DNA from: Cetorhinus maximus
Lineage: Eukaryota
Assembly (NCBI RefSeq): GCF_964194155.1
Contig: NC_135899.1
Coordinates: 92,814,001 to 92,878,000 of the forward strand
Direction of reading: 5' to 3'
DNA length: 64,000 bases
Numbering within the stretch: the first letter of the stretch is position 1; each line of letters starts with the position of its first letter. The translations under genes and the position numbers were made by a program. The notes below the pieces were generated by a model that did no database searches, was not told the DNA's origin, and saw only the letters and a list, made by a program, of their open reading frames with translations. Below, piece by piece: positions 27,175 to 41,079 of this stretch.

Positions 27175-28178
27175 AGTCATCTCAGCTCCAGGACATCATT
27201 GCAGGAGTTCCTCAGGGTAGTGTCCTAGGCCCAACCATCTTCAGCTGCTTCATCAATGACCTTCCTTCCATCATAAGTGGGGATGTTCGCTGATTGCACA
27301 ATGTTCAGCACCATTCGCAACTCCTCAGATACTGAAGCAGACCATGTCCAAATGCAGCAAGACCTGGACAATATCCAGGCTCGGGTTGACAAGTGACAAG
27401 TAACATTCGTGCCACACAAGTGTCAGGCAATGACCATTTCCAACAAGAGAGAACCCAACCATCACCCCTTGATGTTCAATGGCATTACCATCACTGAATC
27501 CCCCACTATCAACATCCTGGGGGTTAACATTGACCTGAAGCTGAATGGGACGAGCTACATAAATACTGTGGCTACAAGAGCAGGTCAGAGGCTAAGAATC
27601 GTGCGATGGGTAACTCACCTCCTGACTCCCCAAAGCCTGTCCACCATCTACAAGGCACAAGTCAGGAGTGTGATGGAATACTCTCCACTTGCCTGGATGA
27701 GTGCAGATCCCACAACACTCAAGAAGCTGGACATCATTCAGGACAAAGCAGCCCGCTTGATTGGCACCACATCCACAAACGTTCACTCCCTCCATCACCG
27801 ACGCACAGTAGCAGTGTGTACCATCTACAAGATGCACTGCAGGAATTCACCAAGGCTTCTTAGACAGCACCTTCCAAACCTTCAACCACCACCATCTAGA
27901 AGGACAAGGGCAGCAGATAGATGGGAACACCACCGCCTGGAAGTTCCCCTCCAAGTCACTCACCATCCTGACTTGGAAATATATCTCCGTTCCTTCACTG
28001 TCGCTGGGTCAAAATCCTGCAACTCCTTCCCTAACTGCACTGTGGGTGTACCTACAACACATGGACTGCAGCGGTTCAAGAAGGCAGCTCACCACCACCT
28101 TCTCCAGGGCAACTAGGGAAGGGCAATAAATGCTGGCCTAGACAATGACACCCACATCCCGTGCATGAATGAAAAAAA
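27175..28178 (+). mobile_element. 5'-truncated CR1/L2-group LINE (RT C-terminal half and 3' tail)
   Basis: GVPQGSVLGP and FAD motifs; ORF 27409..28116; A-rich tail. Confidence 0.88.
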
Positions 28179-28189
28179 GGTTAGAATAT

Positions 28190-29239
28190 TGTTACGAACA
28201 ATGTATAATTTTAAGTTTTTTGTATATAAATAATGTACATGTATAGGTGTGTTAGGAAAGGTAAAAATGGTTTCAGTTTCAGTTAGGTTTTGTTTATCAA
28301 ACTTGGCGCCTGGGGGTCTGGATTGTGACTAAAAGTCACAAAAAACTCCTTTGTGTTTGTGTATATACATTTTAATGAGGTGTTACAACCCCTGAAGTTA
28401 AAGAGATGGGTTAAAAGGGGTTGAAAGTTTAGCGATTCTGAAAAAAAACACAAAGTAGAAAAGTTTTACTGTTGCCTCGTGACAGTGATCTAGGGACACA
28501 GACACAGAAAAAAACAGGCATTGAGAGGGGGGGAGTTCAGTGTGTGTCAGAGAGTGAAGGCAAGGATTTTAAGCTCCCTGAGAAGAAAACTGCAAGGCTT
28601 GGGACAGGCGTTAACTGAATAATCAGTTATAGAACTCAATAAGATGATCAGTTTAGCAAAGGTGCTACTGAAGGCTGAGTTTAGAGAACTCATTTGTTTG
28701 CTCTACAGTTGAAGAAACAGTGAGTTTAGAGTGTGGTTTTGGGTGCCTCGGTGAGAGACAGGAATTCACTGGAAGAAAACCACTTGCAACTGTGCCAGTC
28801 CCAAGCGAGAAGCCTTTGTGCCAAGCTAGTGGTAGCTCTTCACTAGTTTATGTGTCTGTCAAGATATTACTGGGGTAAAGGGATAGTAGGAATTTGAATT
28901 GTCTTCTTGTGTTTGTATTGAGATCTTTCCAACCTTTTGTCTGGTGTAATATAGTTCACTTTTCTTCTTGTAATAAACATTTTATTCTTTGTATTAAAAG
29001 TTCATGAGAAGACTCCTGTGAATTTGTTCAGGAGCTTTCCTCCACGGTTTCTAGAAAAAAGTTAGGATCTATCAACAGAAAATGCTGGAAAAACTCAGCA
29101 GGTCTGGCAGCATCTGTGGAGAGAGAAACAGAGTTAATGTTTTGAGTCCGTATGACCCTTCTTTAGAGCAGATCTATCCAGCCAGGTTTCACTCTGGGAT
29201 CTGACTTGTCCAGTATTAACAGCAGCTGGGATCATAACA
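28190..29239 (+). mobile_element. Solo LTR, ~1.05 kb
   Basis: TGTTA...TAACA termini, perfect 4-bp ATAT TSD, internal AATAAA at ~28972. Confidence 0.78.
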
Positions 29240-29836
29240 ATATGAACAGTAGAGTTTTGGATGAGTGAGTTTTATGACAGGTGGAGGATGGGAGGCTAGT
29301 GAAGAAAGTATTGGAATAGTTGAATCTGAAAGTGAAAAAGTGTGTACAAGGGTTACATTGGGTGATAAGTTGTGGCAGGATATGGAGTTGAGCAATGTTA
29401 TGGAAGCAATAGTGGACGTGCTTCATGATGGAGAGGTTACAGGATGTGAATTTCAGCTTATGGTCAAGTTTGAGGTTGTGAACATTCTGGTTCCACCACT
29501 GACACAAGCCAGGAAGAGGGTGGAATGGATGACAAGGAAATGGGGATTTGTGATGGGGACTATAGGCAATGGGTTTGGTCTCTCTGCAATATTTAATTGG
29601 AGGAGGTTTTTGCTCATCCAGGACTGGACGCAGTCTGATAACACAAAGACATTGGGGGATGGTGATAAAGTAAAACCAAGTGTCACTGGCCTGCTTGTGA
29701 AACCTGATGTTTCTTTGGATGAGGTCGCTGCAGGGCAACATGGAAATGAGAAATAAGTGAGGTCTAAGGATACATTCTTGGGGGATTCCAGAGGAAGTTG
29801 TGCAGGAAGCTCTTCATTCAAAATTGGACAGGTAAG

Positions 29837-30133
29837 TGTTATGTTCCTTCTGTCGTGTCGCTTTGCTCAGTGAACATGGTTACACACCTATCTACTGGTG
29901 AGCGAGTTGGTAAACAAGATACTGCAGACGCAAAGACCAATGTAAGATGAAGCACATGCTGTTTATTAACACAAGTAACAGAGCACTAACACAACGTGTG
30001 CTTCTCAAACCAGAACCTATTCTAAACTACTGATTAACATTGTAGCCCGCGCTACACAGCAATTGGGTAATGCAATCACATGCTCAATCTGCTGACATTC
30101 TCTTAAAGGTGTATTGCACCTCAGATTACCACA
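29837..30133 (-). mobile_element. Short solo LTR, ~300 bp
   Basis: TG...CA termini, 5-bp flanks GTAAG / GTAGG, AATAAA on the minus strand near 29962. Confidence 0.62.
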
Positions 30134-30569
30134 GTAGGAGTCAAATGAGGTGAGGGCAGTTCAATTCAGCTGCACAGTGGAGGAGAAGTATTGACCCATA
30201 TGTCACGTAACTACACCAAGCAGATACAAAGCTGTGCAAAAAGCAGCCTGTTTATAGAAAGGAGTGACACCATGGAACCCATGTAGGTCTAAATTTGTAA
30301 CAGTATATTATAAAGTGACAAAGCTATTAAATGCAAAAAATAGAAAAAATATATACATTATGAAACTTTGGTATATCTCTTGCAGTATTGCTGGTAGATG
30401 GAGATAATGTCCTTGGAAGAGTAGGTTGGTGATTCAAGCCAGAGTGTGGAACAGCCAAGGGCTAATGACCAATGGCCTCAAAGTGCAGAAAACTTGGGGT
30501 ATGAACACTGAAAGAGGCTTGGGGATTGGGACAGAAGCAAGCCAGAGGGAACAAGGAAGCAGAAACACA

Positions 30570-31200
30570 GAGGAAATGCAAAGGAAGCAGAAGATGGAGG
30601 CCGGGATTTTCCAGTCCCACCATGGCGGGACCCAACGCGGGTGATGTGGCGGGCCAGCCAAAAGTCAAAAAATCCCAACCGGAGTATAAAGTGGGGAAAT
30701 GTGAACATGTCCCCTTTGGCAGGAAGAATAGAAAATCTGTTTATTATTTAAATGGAGAGAGATTGTCGAATTCTGTGGTACAGAGGGATCTGGAATTCCT
30801 AGTAGATGAATCACAAGAAGTTAATATGATCACCTCTCATTCTTCTAAACTCAAATGGGCGTATGCCAAACCTGTTCAACCTTTCTTCATAAGGTAAGCC
30901 CTTCATCCCCGGAATGAGTCAACTGAACCTTCTCTGAACTGCTTCTATATCATTTATATCTTTTTTCAAATAAAGACCAAAACTGCACACAGTGGAGAGA
31001 GATTGCAGAATTCGGTGGTACAGAGGGATCTGGTTGTCCTGTTGCAAAAATCCCAAGAAGTTAGAAGGTACAGTAAGTGATTAGGAAAGCAAATGGAATG
31101 TTGGTATTTATTGCAAGGGGAATGGAATATAAAAGTAGGGAAGTTTTGCAGCCACAGTGCAGGGCATTAGTGAGACCACACCTGGAGTACAGCATACCGC
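30570..31200 (+). mobile_element. Rearranged CR1 remnant
   Basis: EYKVGKCEHVPFGRKN...YYLNGERL; internal inverted segment and a ~70-bp duplication. Confidence 0.7.
30599..30680. mobile_element. 82-bp Harbinger-type mini-MITE
   Basis: GGCCGGGATTTT ... AAAATCCCAACC flanked by a GGA TSD; splits a CR1 remnant. Confidence 0.65.
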
Positions 31201-31204
31201 TTTG

Positions 31205-32475
31205 TCTTCCTTTTTCCTGAACTGAGGGCTCCCCCTGCAATGTGGTTGACAGGGCCCTCAACTGTGTCTGTCCCATGTCCAGCACCTCTGCCCTCACCCC
31301 TTCCCTTCCCTCCCAGAACCATGATAGGGTCCCCCTGGTCCTCACTTTTCACCCCACCAGCCTCCACATTCAAAGGATAATCCTCCGCCATTTCTGCCAA
31401 CTCCAACATGATGTCACCACCAAATACATCTTCCCCTCACCAACTCCCCATCCACCACACCCCACCACCCCACCCACTGTCAGCATTCCATAGGGACCAT
31501 TCCCTACAGGACACCCAGGTCCACTCTTCCATCATCCCCAACTCCTCATCCCCTTCCCATTGCACACTCCCATGCAATTGCAGGTGCAACACCTACTCCT
31601 TTACCTCCTCCATCCTCACTGTCCAAGGCCCTAAACACTCCTTTCAGGTGAAGCAGTGTTTCACTTGCACCTTCTTCAATTTAGTCCATGTATTCGCTGC
31701 TCCCAATGTGGTTTCCTCTACACTGGGGAGACTAAATGCAGACTGGGTGACCGCTTTGCGGAACACCTTCATTCAGTCCACAAGCATTACTCACTGTGTA
31801 CACTGGCAGTTCAACACACCACCCTGCTCTCAACACCACACATGTCCGTCCTTGGCCTGCTACAATGTCCAGTGAAGCCCAACACAAACTGGAGGAGCAG
31901 CACCTCATCTTCCGACTAGGCACTTTACAGCCTTCCGGACTTAACATTGAGTTCAACAACTTCAGACCTTGAACTGTCTCCTCCATCTTGACCCATTTTT
32001 AAATTCAATCTTAAAATGTATTTATTTATTTATTTGTTTTTATTATCCTTTTTCCACAACTGCCCCCCCATCACCCCACCCCCACCCCCCAAAAGGGCAT
32101 CTGTCACTTGTGCTTATGTTCTGCTTTCACGAGCACTGACCCTTGTTCTGCTGTTACTACATTCTACTATCTTACCTTTATGCCACTATAAGCACCTTCT
32201 TTCATCTTTACCACTACCATCAACACTCCCTTTGTCCTGTGTCCATGACATCTTTGTCAATCTCTCTGTAGCTCCCACCTATCCCTGATCCACCCCCAGC
32301 ATAAAACAGCATAAAATCCATCACATTCCTATTTCTCTTTAGCTCTGAAGGTGGCATACAGACTCGAAGCATTAACTTTGTTTCTCTCTCCGCAGATGCT
32401 GCCAGACCCGCTGAATTTTTCAGCATTTTCTGTTTTTTATTTCAGATTTCCAGCATCTGCAGCATTTTGCTTTTA
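31205..32475 (+). mobile_element. Penelope-like element 3' part (GIY-YIG endonuclease and terminal repeat)
   Basis: DRVPLVLTFHP and CIRCSQCGFLYTGETKCRLGDRFAEH motifs; terminal repeat 32340-32475 recurs as short units elsewhere in the window. Confidence 0.82.
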
Positions 32476-34111
32476 TTTTTATGTTTTTGTTCTTTTATCC
32501 CAGTTAGTGCACGTCACTGGGAACAAGGTAACTCATTGTTGAGACCTGTCCTTATCAGGAACATGGTCCAGGAATTTTTCAAGTGCCAGTTTCCCAGTGC
32601 CAACTTTGGATTATTGAAAATGTTTGTAGCCATGTTTGACTGGAATGCTAGCCCTCTTAGCACTGTAATTCAGTGCTGTTCCAAAACTCCCACAACCCTC
32701 CCCTGTCAAGGTGATACTCCAATAATAGCACAGACGACACAAATGCCTGTCCCATATTCAAATGACTGTCTCTTTGGGATTTGAGACAGGATCAGGGTGC
32801 CAGTACACTGGCAGTTCAAAGCCTTGCCCTCAGCAGGTCCAGGAATTTCAATCCCCTTGTGGTCTTTAGCTTCTCGTTTCCGCTTACACACTGCTGCTAA
32901 CACACAGTGAACAGTAAAATAATTTGCACATATCAGTTTGCTCACTTTTGGTGATCAAAGTGTTTCATTTCCAATTAATGAACCACTGGAAAAATTACCA
33001 GTAATCCATGGGAAAATTGGTTGAATCATCATGGTGAACTCTTGTGAGGACTATAAGAGGCAGGTTTATTTCATTTCTATAGAAGCTGGATGATTTTTAT
33101 TTTTTGCAATTGTAATCATCAAGATTAGGAATATTGATTCTGGGAACCGAACAGTTTTCCACTTTGACATCCAATGCCACTGTCAAGCCATTTAAAGTCA
33201 AGGTCAAACACCTTATGCCTCAGCAATGTGTCCTAAACAGCCTTAGAAAAGCATTCTACTGCACCAGGATACACTTATTCATTTCCACTCCAGCTACCTT
33301 TATGTGTTGTCTAAGAGGGGTTGTTGCTAGTTGTTGGTTTATAGCAGTTTTGTGCCATTGAGGTACATTTCGAACAAACCAATTCATGAAAAAAAAATGT
33401 ATGTGAGAGAGGAGATTTTCATTTTAATAACCTGCCTGAATCCAAACTCATGTTCCATAAGTGAAAAAGAAAGTGTCAAGTCCACCACACCTTGTAGTGT
33501 CCCAACACAGGGAATGTTTTATTTTTTTCCCAAATGGTCATGATACAAAGATGCCAATGTGTCACCATTTTCCTCTTAACACTAGACCCGTGAAATGGAA
33601 AATGGCAGTTATTTGGCAAAGATGATGATGCACTTTTGAACAGAACATCGCAGCAAGGAAACTATTAATCTCTATTTATATAAATTTGTATGACAGGAGT
33701 AACAGATATTAACTGGTTAAAAAAGGGCACCAGCCTCCTTAGGTGTTCAGCAAATCTTTTCAAGTTTTACCACTTGCAAAACACGAAAGCCTCAATGTAT
33801 CATTGTGCCACTTGCACATCATGTGGTCTTGAATATAATGATGCACGATGCAAGACATAGGAACATAGCACCTAGGAACAGGAGTAGGCCATTCAGCCCT
33901 TTGAGCCTTCTCTGTCATTCAATAAGATCATGGCTGATCTTAGGGCATTACCTATTTCGAATCCTGCACTCCTATAAAAAGGACATTGGCCTTGAAAAGT
34001 GAACAATTTACATGGCTTTAGGCAGTCAATGTATTAGAATGAACGTGAGGTTATCTACATCAAGAGCAATTTTTTGGTTTGCTCAGACATGCTTACATTA
34101 ATTACTTTTCA

Positions 34112-34188
34112 GTTAATGATTAGACCAGTTAGGCAAACAAGGTATTAACAAATCTGGATCTACCAATATATACTGTCTGATATAAATA
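34112..34188 (+). promoter_or_regulatory. fabp10 proximal promoter with liver-type sites
   Basis: HNF1-like GTTAATGATTAGA (34112-34124), FOXA-like GCAAACA (34133-34139), CCAAT (34163-34167) and TATAAATA (34181-34188), about 80 nt upstream of the ATG. Confidence 0.7.
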
Positions 34189-34269
34189 CTGGTCAAAGAA
34201 GCCAAAATCTACTTTGCTAAACCTTTTCCCGAATCGCGTGCAGCCAAGTGGAAGATTGCAGCTGGACAA

Positions 34270-34336
34270 ATGGCATTCTCTGGAACATGGCAGGTCTACT
34301 CCCAGGAGAACATTGAAGATTTTATGCGTGCTCTCT
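34270..34336 (+). CDS. fabp10: Liver-basic fatty acid-binding protein exon 1 (MAFSGTWQVYSQENIEDFMRAL)
   Basis: ATG, the FSGTWQVY.QEN signature of Lb-FABP, gtaagt donor; 67 nt. Confidence 0.93.
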
Positions 34337-36459
34337 GTAAGTTAGAGTGACAACTATGAGTAATGGCAAAGCTTCAGGGCCACAAATGGTGATCTGGTCA
34401 AAAATTATGTTCAAAATTGTGCTGGCTTTATGAAGTGTTGTTTTATGCTTGAGTTTCCACTCAAGCTTATTTGCATAAACATAAATGAACCATCATAATT
34501 CAACAGCGTTTTAGAAAGTTATTTTTTTTAATAAATTGCGTTAAAATACTCCTATTTAAGAGTGAGAACCTGGTGCAGTTTTATTTACAGTTGAAAATAG
34601 GTTTATCACAGAAAAAAAAATCAGCATTTTTAGTCACAGTGTCTAGTCTAGCACCTCAGAGTAGCCCAATTTAAAACAAAAATACAGGACCATTTATTGG
34701 TTACATAGGTGCACAGTAATCAGTTTCTTAGCAAATTGAAAAGATAAAAGCTTTTAATATTTAAAATATTAAATCTTAAATCTCAACAAGAGATTTAAGA
34801 ATCTCCTGTTGCAAACAGGTGAAATTAGTGGAAATGCGCTGTAATGATTAACTCCAAACAAGGACATGGTTAAGTTTGTGGAAAGAGCTAGCTTCTCATG
34901 CTATGTTTTTCAACTAATGGAAATGATTGTGGAAACTAGAATGTAATTTGTGCTCCAAATTCCTCAATTGATTGCAATCTGCTTCACTGAGAATGAATGG
35001 AGCGCGAGCTCACTTTAGTTTGAAGAAGTTCACAGTCTTTTTCCAGTGATAATGTGGAAAATATTTTTGGTTTATATTAAGGCACAAAAACATTGCCATT
35101 GAGCCAAAAGAGGGAGTTGTTAGGTCCAGCCAGACTCAGTTGCAATGGACTCAAATGAGCTTGATTCAAACTGACAGATACTGCATGCACATAGTCATGT
35201 ATATGCATTACATCTGGATGTTTTTTCCTTATTTGTTCATGGGATGTGGCCATCACTAGCAAGGCCAGTATTTATTCCGGGTCCCTAATTCAGAAGGTGG
35301 TGGCAAGACACCTTGAACCATTAGAGTCTCAAGGGCAACTAGGGATGGGCAATAAAAATGCTGGCCCAGCCAGTGATGCCCACACCCCATGAAAGAATAA
35401 AGAAAAAGAACCTTGGTAAGTTGCTGTAGCGCATCTTGTAGATGGTATACACTGCAGAGAGTGTTGTGCATATTATGTCTTGTATATTTGTGTTTTAACT
35501 ATGAACATACTTATATATATTGACAATCAACATTACCAACAAATTCAGTAACTGACAAAATTCTCCTTTTCACCTGCAAATTACTGGAGTGCAACAGTTT
35601 GATATTTTCACACTTCTAAATAAAATTATTGAACTATTTCACAATTCTTTTCTGACATTGTAAAATATAATTTGTCTCTATTGAAGAAATATTTTGCCAG
35701 AGGATTTTCAGAAACCACAATCTGGACTGAGTATTCAAACAATTTAACATTTTTCAATTCGTTCTTGGGATTGGGCGTCGCTGGCAAGGCCAGCTTTTAT
35801 TGCCCACCCCTAATTGAGAAGGTGGTGGTGAGCTGTCTTCTTGAGCCGCTGCAGTCAGTGTGATGTTGGTACACCCACAGTGCTGAGGGAGTTCCAGCAT
35901 TTTGACCCAGTGACAGTGAAGGAACGGCGATGTAACATTTCAAACATCCATATAGTTAATTGTAAGGACACTGCTCTTTCATATCCATAAATGTACACAT
36001 AGTTTTACATTTATTTTAAGAGTTACAATACATGTCCTTCATTCTTACTGTTGTAGCTTAACATCCAGCATTATAGCTGATTCTGTGATGTTAACTTTCT
36101 CCATTTTTCAGCCAATGTTCTTAACAATTGTTTTTTCCTCTCCATTTAGTTATCCCACTAGCCTTTCACATATCAGCATAAACAAAGACAATGGACAGAA
36201 GCTTCCACTCTGAAACCTAAGTTTGGTGCAGGGCACAGAAGTGGGAGTGATTCCCGCTGTGGTGTGAGATGGCTGAACACGCGCGGTTTTGTGCTGTCCA
36301 GCTCATTACTTATCCATCTGTGCGGAGCATGGTGAATCTCATGGTGGGGATGGGTAGGAAGTCACTGTCCCCGCTGTTACCTCATAGGTCCAGGTGTCAT
36401 ACTTAAAGGGCACCCGGACATCCATTCAGCCAGGAGCTCCTTATTCTGCATCTAACAGA

Positions 36460-39380
36460 ATGTCACAGAGAAGAAAGCAACTTTTGGCCCCACGGTTCAG
36501 TGAAGCCTCCCCAGAGATTCTCCCTGGAGATTCTCCTCCAGGCCGTCCAGGAAAGGTGGGAAGTGCTGTTTCCTCAGGATGGCAGCAGGAGGCCCTCCAG
36601 TCTGACCATGGCGGCCTGGACAGAGGTCACAGTGGTGGTTAGCACCCGGGGGCCCAAGAAAGGACTGGCCAGCGGTGCAGGAAGGGGATGACTGATTTGC
36701 TGCATTCCGCATGGTAATCATACTCTCCACTCACTACAAACTCACACTCTCATAAGGACATCAGGCAGTCTAAGGGTTAGCATGCACAGGGATGTCACAC
36801 AATACCTGCACTTGGGACATCAGCACTGAATGTGCCAGCCACTTTAAGCTCTCAATCTCATATCAGTTGCAGGACAAACGGCTTCTTAACCACTGACTGG
36901 GGAGGGCTCAGCAGCTGCAATAGGCAATGCATGCTCCTGAACTGCTCATGCACCTATTCACCCACATTCAATCCTTCTGTCTTTCTGCAGGAGAAGAACG
37001 CCCACAAAAGAGCTGAACCCCCAAGGTGAGGTGAGAGTGACTGTCCTTGATATCAAGGTTCAGTTGACCGAGTGGGGCATCAAGGGGCCCTAGCAAAGCT
37101 GGAGTCAATGGGAATCAGGGGGAAAACTCTCCGCTGGTTGGAGTCATACCTAGCACAAAGAAAGATGGTTGTGGTTGTTGGAGGTCAGTCATTTCAGCTC
37201 CAGGACATCACTGCAGGAGTTCCTCAGGGTAGTGTCCTAGGCCCAACCATCTTCAGATGCTTCATCAATGACCTTCCTTCCATCATAAGGTCAGAAGTGG
37301 GGAAGTTCGCTGATGATTGCACAATGTTCAGCACCATTCGCGACTCCTCAGATACTGAAGCAGTCCATGTTCAAATGCAGCCAGACCTGAACAATGTCCA
37401 GGCTTGGGCTGACAAGTGGCGAGTAACATTCGCACCACACAAGTGTCAGGCAATGACCATTTCCAACAAAAGATAATTCAACCACTGTCCCTTGATGTTC
37501 AATGGCATTACCATCACTGAATCCTTCAATGTTAACAACCTGGGGGCTACCATTGACCAGAAACTGAACTGGACTAACCATATAAATACTGTGGCTACAA
37601 GAGCAGGTTAGAGGTGAGGAATCCTGTGATGAGTAACTCCCCAGAGCCTGTCCACCATCTACAAGGCACAAGTCAGGAGTGTGATGGAATACTCCCCACT
37701 TGCCTGGATGAGTGCAGCTCCCACAACACTCAAGAAGCTTGGCACAATCCAGGAAAAAGCAGCCCACTTGACACCACATCCACAAACATTCACTCCCTCC
37801 ACCACCGACTCACAGTAGCAGCAGTGTGTACCAACTACAAGATGCACTGCAGGAATTCACCAAGGCTCCTTTGACAACACCTTCCAAACCCACAACCACT
37901 ACCATCTAGAAGGACAAGGGCAGCAGACAGATGGGAACAAGTTCCCCTCCAAGTCACTCACCATCCTGACTTGGAAATATATCATCGTTCCTTCACTGTC
38001 GCTGGGTCAAAATCCTGGAACTTCCTCCCTAACAGCACTGTGGGTGTACCTACACCACATGGACTGCAGCGGTTCAAGAAGACAGCTCACCACCACCTTC
38101 TCAAGGGCAACAAGGAATGGACAATAAATGCTGGCCCAGCCAGCGACACCCACATCCCGAGAGTGAATAAAAAAGAAGGGAGTGGGCCAAGACTGGAAGG
38201 GGAATGGCAGAGATCAGAGTCCTCACCCCTTATGAGGAACAGGCCACTAAGCTAGCCGGGGAAGAGCGGGGCCATTCCTGTGCTGAAGGTGAGGTAATAC
38301 TCTCCAGGAAGCCATGAGGATGCCATCAGTCTGCAGTTGTCATATGCATGCTGTGAGCCCTCTTTAAATTATGAGCCTGCTTGGTCAATCACTAAATCTT
38401 TCTTTTCTCTATTCCAGGTACCAGCAGAAAATGGGGAAGGACTGCAACCCGGATCAGCCACAGCTCCAGCCCCAAACCCACTTCTGTAGAGGATGCCTCA
38501 GAATCCTCAGAGGATGCACATTCACCCTGGCTTTCACCTGCACCCCCCACCAGCGCAGATACACTCACCTCGGAGGATGCACATTCGAGAGTAGGCTCCG
38601 GGTCACAACCTGGTGAGCACATCACCGATGGGGGGTTCACAGCTGGTGGAGGAAGTGACAGTCGAGGGCTCTGAAACTCCGAGCACTGCTGGAGAACAGG
38701 CCCCTGCTCAGCCCCATGTAGATGATGAGCCTCTGGATTCGGCCCTGAGAGATATGTTGGAGGATGCAGAGCCAGGCAGGGGGACATCAGACAGAGATAC
38801 CAGACGCCAAGCGCAGACTGGACTGGAGGCTGGAGGAGTCTGTCCACGTTCTGTCTGATGTTGTGGCTCCAGCATGTGAGCACTTGGCTGCCTCCAGGGA
38901 ATGGGTGGCGGCCGCCTTGAAGACCCAGGTCCAGCAGAATGAACAGTTCCTGCCGGATATGCACTGGGAACTGTACTCTGTCACTATAGGCACTGGTACA
39001 GTGCACCAGTGGCCAGGTGACAGATGAATTGGGCACCTCAACCTCCCTCCAGGGTCAGGGAGGTGGCATTGGGCACCCACAGGTGGAGAAGCACCAGCCA
39101 GGCACTCCAGGGTCTTCATCCCAGTACGCTCCAAGAGTGCCTTGCCACTCTACCTCTACTCTGCCACTGACCCCATCGCCTCCAGAGGGTCAAGCCTAGG
39201 AGGGTAGAAGCACCTGAAGCTGAACTAGAGCAGGTTGGGGCCCTCGAGGCCCTTGGGCCACCAGAGGACCCCACCAAAGTCATTACAGTCAACAGGGCAT
39301 AGCAGTCACCAGGCTACCTCCACTTCAGCTGTGGGTGTCAGGGCTGTACCTAGATGTAGCGGTAGGCAATGAAAAATTAA
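36460..39380 (+). pseudogene. Harbinger Myb/SANT-like DNA-binding protein gene, spliced and disrupted
   Basis: APRFSEAS / LEILLQAVQERWEVLFP...AAWTEV (frameshifted); exon 2 EKNAH...REWAKTGRGMAEIRVLTPYEE is split by a LINE; 3' end approximate. Confidence 0.7.
37006..38176 (+). mobile_element. Same LINE family inserted into the Harbinger Myb exon 2
   Basis: ORF 37072..37476 has GVPQGSVLGP...FADD; highly similar to 27175-28178; possible AAAAGA TSD. Confidence 0.88.
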
Positions 39381-41079
39381 GAAGTATTGAAGGCACACAG
39401 GTGGCACAGATGCACACCCATTGTAAATATTTTGTACAGTTGTATATATATATGTTCACTTGCACTGTTTGGGTGTCTCACGGATTGCATCTTGCTGCTA
39501 GTTGCTTCAATGTCTGTGGGCATTTAAGGTTTTGGAAAGTGGGCGCCCATCAGAGTCCAGTCAGGAACTCCCAGGGATTCTGTTCTCTCACATTATCAAC
39601 ATAGTGATTACTCAATAATCCCACATGTGCATGATTAAGCACTGGCCACCATTAGCCACTGGGCTGCCTGGGCCACACCTCACACAAGCCATTACTTGCA
39701 GCTCACAATGTTCTAACCTCTCAATATCTGTTCCTCGAGGTCATTGCATCTCTTGCTGCTGTTGCCCTGATGTCAGATGTGATTGGACGGCACAAGTAAT
39801 TGAGGGGAGTTAAATCTGCTCTGTGATTGGCAGGGTTCAATTAGTTGCAGTTTCAGGCATGAGAGACTGAGGCTCAACAGCAGAAAGCCGGAGGCTGCTT
39901 TAACCCTCTCGAGGAAGATGTGGTGGCCACATTCAATCATGAATGTCCTTCCTTGGTGATTTGTCATTTAGAGCTAATATGCAGTCGAACGAAACAAGTA
40001 AGGTGGCGACGGGAACATTAGTTTTGACTGCAAGAGGGCTTTGAGTGTAGGATTTAAGGGGTGTCAGGCCTCACATGGAGATTTGTATGGCCTGCTTGTC
40101 CCCTTATCAAGAGTGTCAGTAAACCTCGCATAAAGGGTTAGCAACCAAAGGGATTTGTACAACATTGAATGACAGGGCTTTTAGTGAATGAGGAGAGAGA
40201 GAGAGAGTAGGATTAGCCTGTGTGCCGGGCATGTCGAGAACTGCGAGGCTATCAATGTGAAGCATGACCATCTCTAACAGGCCTCACAAAGTACATGCTG
40301 GAAAGATCTGTATCTTGGGCAGGGTGCCCACAATGATGGATCATGTTCTCACACTAATGCTAAGACCATTTAGGACTGAGACTCATAGGGGTGTCTGCGA
40401 TCAGAGGGTCCAGAGTGCTTACACCTCTGAAACCCATAGTGCTGGTGAGGCAATCTCAGTGACTGGATGACAAAGTTACTTCGAAACCTCTCCGCATGAT
40501 AAAGATGTCAAGGGATATGGGTTTTTAAAGTGAAAGTGGTGATTGGGGGCAGGAACCTGGTCATCACTCATCAATCTGCAATGATGAGCCATCACGAGGT
40601 GCCAAATGGTCTTCTTATGCTGCTCCTCCCCATGGACCCATCTATCTGGTCCTGCCTGAAAGATCTCTCTGCCTGGTCAGCCCCCCTTTGGGACCAGGTG
40701 CCAGGGTGAGATGAGTGTATCCTTGGCAACTTTAGATTTGAAATATCTTGCAAGCTGCCATGCACACAGTCTTTGTGGGGACATGGGTGATATCACTATT
40801 CTATTTAAAGGTGCCTGAGGTTGCAGGAGAAGGGAGTGCTATGTAGGTTCTAATGCACCCATATACCACCAGGGCTCTGCATTTTAGCAAAGTTTTGCAC
40901 ATGCAAAGGATTAAATCAACATTGAGGCAGATGGTAAGTAGTGCTATTTAATTCAGCTCTCCAAAATTGGAGAAAAAGAATTTCTGTAAAATAAAAAGTG
41001 CTGGGGCCTTCCAGCCAGCAAAAGATAGTAAATAAGAAAGTTCAACAGATGTGTCAGCAGTTTACTCTGCCTGGAATCT

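Larger units (their letters stand above)
26720..30200 (-). mobile_element. Old L2-like LINE remnant hosting nested insertions
   Basis: ORF 29453..29821 (LSDCVQSWMSKNLLQLNIAE) and ORF 29232..29741 resemble L2 ORF2; host sequence rejoins across the inserts. Confidence 0.6.

Noticed and set aside
29265-29756. 163-aa plus-strand ORF
   Set aside because: It is antisense to an L2-like remnant and has no independent coding signal.
38392-39134. Long antisense ORFs (214 and 115 aa)
   Set aside because: They are shadows of the GC-rich Harbinger Myb-like gene on the opposite strand.
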